A DNA stretch of 20,666 bases from Paramoeba atlantica (Eukaryota; Protista; Discosea), in contig CDRNVI010000115.1 of the NCBI GenBank assembly GCA_977017575.1, forward strand, positions 1 to 20,666, read 5' to 3'. The notes beneath the pieces were generated by a model, which did not search any database, had not been told where the DNA came from, and saw only the letters and a program-made list of their open reading frames with translations. Shown piece by piece: positions 20,184-20,666 of this stretch (within the stretch, counting starts at the first letter, position 1; each line of letters opens with the position of its first letter). A program made the translations under genes and the position numbers.

Positions 20184-20666
20184 TTAAATATTAATACATC
20201 ATTTATTATAAGAGCCTAAAAAACTTTCTAAAAAGTTATAATTTAGACCAACTTTATCAGGATGAATTACATCATTTAAAAATTGAAAAAAGGTAATCAA
20301 AATAATTTTTTACTTTCTAAAACCATTTCTTCAAATACACCATTTATTTTATTTATAGCTAATTTATCAAAAAAACCTTTAGAACCTGCAAAAACTGATA
20401 ATAAAGATAAATCTAATGAATAATTATTAAATCTACTTTGTACAAATAATTCAGTTAATCTATAACCACGATCTAATAATTGTTGAGTAACAGGATCTAT
20501 ATCACAACCTAAACTAGCAAAACTTTCAACTTCTCTAAATTGGGCTAAACCAACCTTTAAAGAACCTGCTAATGATTTCATTAATTTAGGTTGTGCAGCT
20601 CCACCAACTCTACTAACCGATAAACCAACACTTACTGCTGGTCTTATACCTGAATAAAATTGTTCA
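20184..20666 (-). CDS. atp1: ATP synthase F1 alpha subunit, 5'-partial
   Basis: GIRPAVSVGLSVSRVGGAAQ, LAQFREVESFA, LLDRGYRLTELF. As written it stops at 20276; one extra T in the run at 20278-20282 extends it to TAA at 20184, next to cox2. Confidence 0.96.

Overview
The window contains two unrelated genomes joined at about position 2541. Positions 1-2541 are moderate-GC Bacteroidota (Flavobacteriaceae-like) DNA: a partial GH16 lipoprotein gene, a Tat-signal Hyi/xylose-isomerase-like TIM-barrel gene, a DUF3820-like gene, and pyrG cut off mid-gene. Positions 2542-20666 are about 18 kb of a very AT-rich, intron-less protist mitochondrial genome. All its recognisable genes lie on the minus strand and use UGA=Trp; a tRNA-Trp(UCA) is encoded. 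Transcription order is atp1(partial)-cox2-cox3-cox1-10 tRNAs-trnE-trnL-trnM-atp9-trnR-trnY-rnl-trnN-trnS-rns-[candidate 5S]-trnS-trnF-rps11-[rps8?]-nad9-nad7-rpl11-[rpl10?]-rps12-rps7-rpl2-rps19-rps3-junction. The best fit by inference is an amoebozoan. The supplied ORF track fragments most mitochondrial genes because it stops at TGA. The strongest biological signal is in the tRNAs: 14 of 19 have mismatches at acceptor-stem pairs 1-3, the hallmark of 5' tRNA editing. Other leads are a 111-nt 5S-rRNA-like fold after rns, divergent rpl10/rps8 candidates, a cox1 lacking its conserved C-terminus, an extended cox2, and an isolated G6-T3-G6 motif. Several ribosomal-protein genes, nad9 and atp1 have 1-nt frameshifts, mostly at homopolymers, which most likely reflect sequencing error. 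The junction is most likely a chimera or misassembly. All translations and stem pairings were done by hand; no database searches were run.
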